From: an uncultured bacterium
Lineage (GTDB): Bacteria; Acidobacteriota; HRBIN11; JAKEFK01
Length of the DNA: 64,000 nt
Direction: 5' to 3'
Assembly: GCA_963777505.1 (NCBI GenBank)
Contig: CAVZQN010000001.1
Span: forward strand, 160,001 to 224,000
Part shown: one piece after another, positions 59,992 to 64,000 of the stretch
Layout of the letters: every line of letters starts with the position of its first letter
Numbering within the stretch: the stretch's first letter is position 1
The notes under the pieces: model-generated
Seen by the model: only the letters and a program-made list of their open reading frames with translations
The model's database searches: none
Told to the model about the DNA's origin: nothing
Translations under genes and position numbers: made by a program

Positions 59992-60867
59992 TTAACGCGA
60001 ATAGGAAGAGACTCGATCTAACATCGCTTCGATCATGCTTTTCATTTCATTTGCCGATGCATGTGCGCGTCTGCCATGACCTGGTAAAACCCACTCAAAA
60101 TTGTAATCGAGAAGCTTCTGCACACTTTTCACTTGCTCGCTCCAGGAATACCAATTCATACTTTGCGAAGAATTCAAGCCTTCATATCGATCTGACCACC
60201 AGATGTGATCTCCTGTAAACAAAAAACGATTGTTATACAACAACACCATATGACCTTTGGTATGCCCTGGTGTTGGAATGATCGTTAAATCCTCACCAAG
60301 CTGAACCGGATCTTGATCTTCGATTAGGCGTTCAATCCGCGTGCGCAAACGCCCAGCATCGCCTTTATGCATAATGCGTTCCGCTTTGAAATGCTGCGCC
60401 CACAAATCGTGATCCGCAATGTCATCAATGTGAGTTAGAAAAATGTAACGGATGCCTCCAAGTTCCTCAATTCTTTTTACTAGTGGTTTTGCAAATCTCG
60501 GCGAATCAACAAGCACATTCCCTTCCGGTCGTACAATTAGATAGCTTGCAGCGCCAAAAGAACTTTCAGCAGCATAACCACAAAAATAAACTTGATCTTC
60601 AATTGGTTCTGGAAAATGATTGGCTGCTATCGCAGCAACCGGGGTATGAGGCCCGCCGATCGAAGCCGTTGGACATGTTACCAGCGCTCTGAATGCATCA
60701 AACGTTTCCTGCTCAGTTTGCGGCTGATGAAACACCGTAGATTGTTCGCCTGTTTGTTTAAATGACAACGGTGCAAGCTGACGACAAAGATCACAATCTA
60801 TACAAGTCGAATCAACAAAGAAATCGCCGGGAACATTATCAGGAAGTTTAAGAGATGCCTGAGCCAT
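59992..60867 (-). CDS. Ferredoxin-fused MBL-fold metallo-hydrolase
   Basis: CIDCDLC...CP N-terminus; THIDDIADH, PGHTKGH, FTGDH, LPGHG. Confidence 0.88.
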   Translation of the reverse strand: MAQASLKLPDNVPGDFFVDSTCIDCDLCRQLAPLSFKQTGEQSTVFHQPQTEQETFDAFRALVTCPTASIGGPHTPVAAIAANHFPEPIEDQVYFCGYAAESSFGAASYLIVRPEGNVLVDSPRFAKPLVKRIEELGGIRYIFLTHIDDIADHDLWAQHFKAERIMHKGDAGRLRTRIERLIEDQDPVQLGEDLTIIPTPGHTKGHMVLLYNNRFLFTGDHIWWSDRYEGLNSSQSMNWYSWSEQVKSVQKLLDYNFEWVLPGHGRRAHASANEMKSMIEAMLDRVSSYSR

Positions 60868-60913
60868 AACTAAAAAGCTAACCACAATTTAAGAAAGTTG
60901 CCACAAACAGTTT

Positions 60914-61013
60914 GTAGTAAGGCACGCAGGCTCATCCGCGAAGCGGATGAGGCAGTGCCGTTCCGTGATTTGACGGCACTGCCTCGCATTCGCTCGGCTG
61001 CGTGCCTAACTGC
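60914..61013. repeat. About 100-bp nested-hairpin REPIN/MITE-like element
   Basis: Terminal IR gtagtaaggcacgcag / ctgcgtgcctaactgc enclosing two internal hairpins. Confidence 0.6.
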
Positions 61014-61037
61014 GAACATTGGATTAGACTCATATCA

Positions 61038-62609
61038 ATGCAAAAGATTTCACTTATTGCCCTCATTCTGTTCGTTTGCTGTACAGATTGTGAAAGTAAA
61101 GAGAAGTATCAGCAAGTTCGGATTTCTATTCCTAGCAGTAATGCATGGCGTACACTGACCAGCCTGGGAATTGCTCTGGAAGAAGGGGTTCGGCTTTACG
61201 AACGTGAAATCGAAATGATCGTCAATTCCAATGAGCTGAAAAAATTACAGGAAAATGGGTTCGCATTCGTAGTCATCCAAAACGATATGGAAGCTTTGTT
61301 TCGAAAAAGGCTGGCCGCGCAGACTCGCGATTCGTTTGCAAATGGAAGTATGGGTGGTTTTTATACTTTAGATGAAACCTTCGACTTGCTTCATGATTTC
61401 CGCATGCGATACAAGACACTGATTTCGGCACCCATCGAAATTGGCAGGTCTTCTGAAGGACGCCCTATTTTTGCGTTTCGTGTTTCAGAGAATGCAGGTG
61501 TTGATGAAAATGAGCCTGAGGTGCTGTACACCTCTCTGCATCATGCGCGAGAACCTCAGAGTCTCATGACGCTTCTTTACTTCATTGAAAGACTCCTGCA
61601 AGGTTACGGGAAGAATGCCGAAATAACGTACCTGATGCGGAACAGGCAGATGTGGTTTGTACCAGTCGTTAACCCGGATGGGTACATTTACAATGAACAA
61701 ACCAATCCAAGCGGAGGTGGATTGTGGCGGAAGAGTCGGAGTGCGAATGCCGATGGTTCCTTTGGAGTTGATCTCAACAGGAATTATGGATTTAAGTGGG
61801 GTTACGATAATTTAGGTTCAAGTCCAATACCCGCTGACGAAACGTATCGCGGACCGTCTCAATTTTCTGAACCCGAAATTCGAGCAATCCGTGATTTTGT
61901 AAAATCGCGCAAATTTGTTCTTTCGCTCAACTATCATAGCTTCCGCGATATGCTGATTTATCCGTGGGGTTATAAGAATGAAGAAACAATACAGGCTCCG
62001 ATTTTCAAAGAATACGCTACATGGATGACTCGAATTAATAAATACGGAATTGGAACGACCTGGGAAACCTTAGGTTATTTAACAAACGGCGAAGCAGACG
62101 ACTGGCTTTATGGAGATGTGCAAGGAAAAAATCGAACTCTTTCAATGACACCGGAAGTTGGAGGTTTTTTGGAAAGTTTCTGGCCTCCGCAGAGCCGCAT
62201 CAAGCCTCTTGCAGCCGAGAATTTTCAAGCCAACCTTGCACTCGCATGGTTGGCGGGTGGCTATGTGATTACTAAGCAAACCAGATCAACCGAATCTGCA
62301 GGAAATGGAAATGGTACGATTCAACCAGGCGAGCGAGCAAAAATTCGAATCACACTGCGCAATATGGGTTATCGATACACCATGAAAAATATTACAGCAA
62401 AGCTTCGAAGTTTGAATACTGCAGCATCAGTATCAACCTCCGTTGCAAATTTTGGCGAATTGAAACCTTTTCAAAACGCAGAGGAACTTTTTGATGTTGC
62501 TTTTGCTCGAACGGCAAATGTCGATAGTCCCATTCAGTTTGAAATTTCAATTTCGTCACAAGGGACGCTTCTTCGAAAGGATTTCTTTTCGATCAGACTT
62601 CAACGATAA
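61038..62609 (+). CDS. M14 zinc carboxypeptidase (carboxypeptidase T-like), secreted
   Basis: HHARE, WRK, DLNRN, NYHS, TPEVG; signal peptide; C-terminal beta domain. Confidence 0.92.
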   Translation: MQKISLIALILFVCCTDCESKEKYQQVRISIPSSNAWRTLTSLGIALEEGVRLYEREIEMIVNSNELKKLQENGFAFVVIQNDMEALFRKRLAAQTRDSFANGSMGGFYTLDETFDLLHDFRMRYKTLISAPIEIGRSSEGRPIFAFRVSENAGVDENEPEVLYTSLHHAREPQSLMTLLYFIERLLQGYGKNAEITYLMRNRQMWFVPVVNPDGYIYNEQTNPSGGGLWRKSRSANADGSFGVDLNRNYGFKWGYDNLGSSPIPADETYRGPSQFSEPEIRAIRDFVKSRKFVLSLNYHSFRDMLIYPWGYKNEETIQAPIFKEYATWMTRINKYGIGTTWETLGYLTNGEADDWLYGDVQGKNRTLSMTPEVGGFLESFWPPQSRIKPLAAENFQANLALAWLAGGYVITKQTRSTESAGNGNGTIQPGERAKIRITLRNMGYRYTMKNITAKLRSLNTAASVSTSVANFGELKPFQNAEELFDVAFARTANVDSPIQFEISISSQGTLLRKDFFSIRLQR

Positions 62610-62968
62610 ATTGGTGTAAACCCTGCCGTGTGAAGTGATCGTTCGATTGTCTTTAGATTGGTACGCTCAATATCAACCCAGAGTGTTACTTTTCTGTGAG
62701 ATGGATCGAGTTTGATTTCAGCAACGCCTGGTAAATCCTGAAGCGCCTGTTGAGCCGAATCCATTTTGTTTTCTTGAAGTCCCTGCAAGTGCATACGAAC
62801 CACCCGGATCGATTGCGTTTGGGAAAGGGAAACATTTATAGGATTCGCATCGGCGGAATTTTGATTGAGATAAGATAGCGATACAAATAGCAACACGGCA
62901 AGCGCTGAAAATGCAATCATTTTCAGCTGTACATTCAAATTCACCTGTTCACTTCGAAAGTACTTCAC
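62600..62968 (-). CDS. HMA-fold-like membrane-anchored protein lacking CxxC
   Basis: TM followed by MHLQGL...ALQDLPGVAEIKLD...IERSLHTAGF HMA pattern. Confidence 0.6.
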   Translation of the reverse strand: MKYFRSEQVNLNVQLKMIAFSALAVLLFVSLSYLNQNSADANPINVSLSQTQSIRVVRMHLQGLQENKMDSAQQALQDLPGVAEIKLDPSHRKVTLWVDIERTNLKTIERSLHTAGFTPIYR

Positions 62969-63127
62969 TCGTGTTCACCTCTATTAACTTTTCGTCCTAT
63001 CCCGGTCATTGTTGCCTCTCTTTCAAGATAAACCTTAGGGCGAGCTTCTGGTAGTGCAATTTGATGTAAGTCCAATGAGGTTGTTCCCTCGTCTTAACAA
63101 ATGAAACACATGATGTGGAGGATATAA

Positions 63128-64000
63128 ATGAAGAAAGGATTATTGATCGGATTGCCCTTAGTGGCACTCTTAATCGCCGGTGGAGTCGTTTTTTCTCAGC
63201 CGGAACCTGAAGAAAGCGATTCGATCCATAAACACATTACAGACAGCTTTTCGAGAGGCGGATTCCGTCTCGGAATTGTTCTCGATGATACTCGGGGCGA
63301 GAGCGATGGTGTTACGATTGCCGAAGTTGTCCCCAATGGTCCTGCAGACAAAGCTGGCTTTCAATCCGGTGATGTCATCGTCAAAATCGACGGAAAATCA
63401 GTTACTACAACGAACCAGATTCGTGAGTCTTTGCGGAATCTTGAAGAACAAAAACAGATTGAAGTTGAAGTTCTGCGCGACGAAAAGCCAGTCACTCTGA
63501 CTGTAACACCTGAGAAACGTAGAATGGCATGGCATTTTCCAATGGGTCGACGTTATATCGGAGTGAATCTCCAGGAATTGGATTCCGATCTTGCATCGTA
63601 CTTCAAAGTCGATCCCAAGGCAGGATTACTCATCACCAGAATAGAACCCAAAGGTCCTGCGGCTGAAGCAGGAATTCGTTCAGGTGACATCCTGACACAT
63701 ATCGATGGCAAAAAAGTTACGGATGCCCGTCAAGTCAGCGACCTGATCGAAGAAGGAACTTCGGAAAGCGTAGAAGTTACAGTTCTTCGGAACGGAAACG
63801 AAATCAAGATGGTTGTTAAACCATCAAAACGAGAAATGTTTGACCCTTCCGAAATGCAACATCTAAGAGATCTTCCAAACATGCTTGAAAGTCCTGAATT
63901 TAAATCCGAGATGGATCAGCTAAGGAATCAACTCAAAGAGATGAAACAGGATTTAGAAGGGATCCGGAAAGAAGAGCTTGAATCATTGCGCGATGAAATT
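63128..64000 (+). CDS. Secreted tandem-PDZ protein, 3' partial (not in ORF track)
   Basis: SD ggagg, MKKGLLIGLPLVALLIAGG signal; RLGI...VVPNGPADKAG..SGDVIVKIDG and YIGV...PKGPAAEAGIRSGDIL; frame open to window end. Confidence 0.88.
   Translation, partial: MKKGLLIGLPLVALLIAGGVVFSQPEPEESDSIHKHITDSFSRGGFRLGIVLDDTRGESDGVTIAEVVPNGPADKAGFQSGDVIVKIDGKSVTTTNQIRESLRNLEEQKQIEVEVLRDEKPVTLTVTPEKRRMAWHFPMGRRYIGVNLQELDSDLASYFKVDPKAGLLITRIEPKGPAAEAGIRSGDILTHIDGKKVTDARQVSDLIEEGTSESVEVTVLRNGNEIKMVVKPSKREMFDPSEMQHLRDLPNMLESPEFKSEMDQLRNQLKEMKQDLEGIRKEELESLRDEI

Noticed and set aside
63180-63500. ORF-track 106-aa ORF
   Set aside because: Shadow frame of the PDZ gene starting at 63128

Overview
Bacterial chromosomal window, about 43% GC by eye. 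The gene repertoire resembles Acidobacteriota (inference). Positions 1-20 kb hold a Wzx/Wzy-type surface polysaccharide locus: eight GT4, one GT2, one GT-C, a flippase, a polymerase, an acyltransferase, an AsnB-like amidotransferase and an outer-membrane beta-barrel. Positions 20-64 kb are a mosaic. They include an orphan clan-CD (caspase-fold) His-Cys protein behind a sigma28-like promoter, a vanadium haloperoxidase, amidohydrolases, a CHAT-TPR protease, Lrp-MarC, a Thr-type sulfatase-TPR, moaCB, UbiA, a GC-rich foreign-looking lipoprotein, a fragmented Ser/Thr kinase-TPR, an AAA ATPase and a pentapeptide-repeat protein. Further along are an esterase/ATP-grasp/circularly permuted ATP-grasp/cNMP operon, a degenerate ModA-like protein, a BON-SRPBCC-topoisomerase IB cluster, an M14 peptidase and a tandem-PDZ protein. 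Several single-base frameshifts suggest long-read assembly errors. Intergenic DNA carries a dispersed ACCGCA(A/G)AG repeat family, REP-like folded elements and recurrent leaderless-type promoters. No tRNA, rRNA, CRISPR array or transposase was recognised. The best candidates for an undescribed system are the esterase/dual ATP-grasp operon (52.2-55.7 kb) and the clan-CD protein plus small membrane protein (20.0-21.7 kb). All family calls come from motifs recognised by eye; no searches were run.
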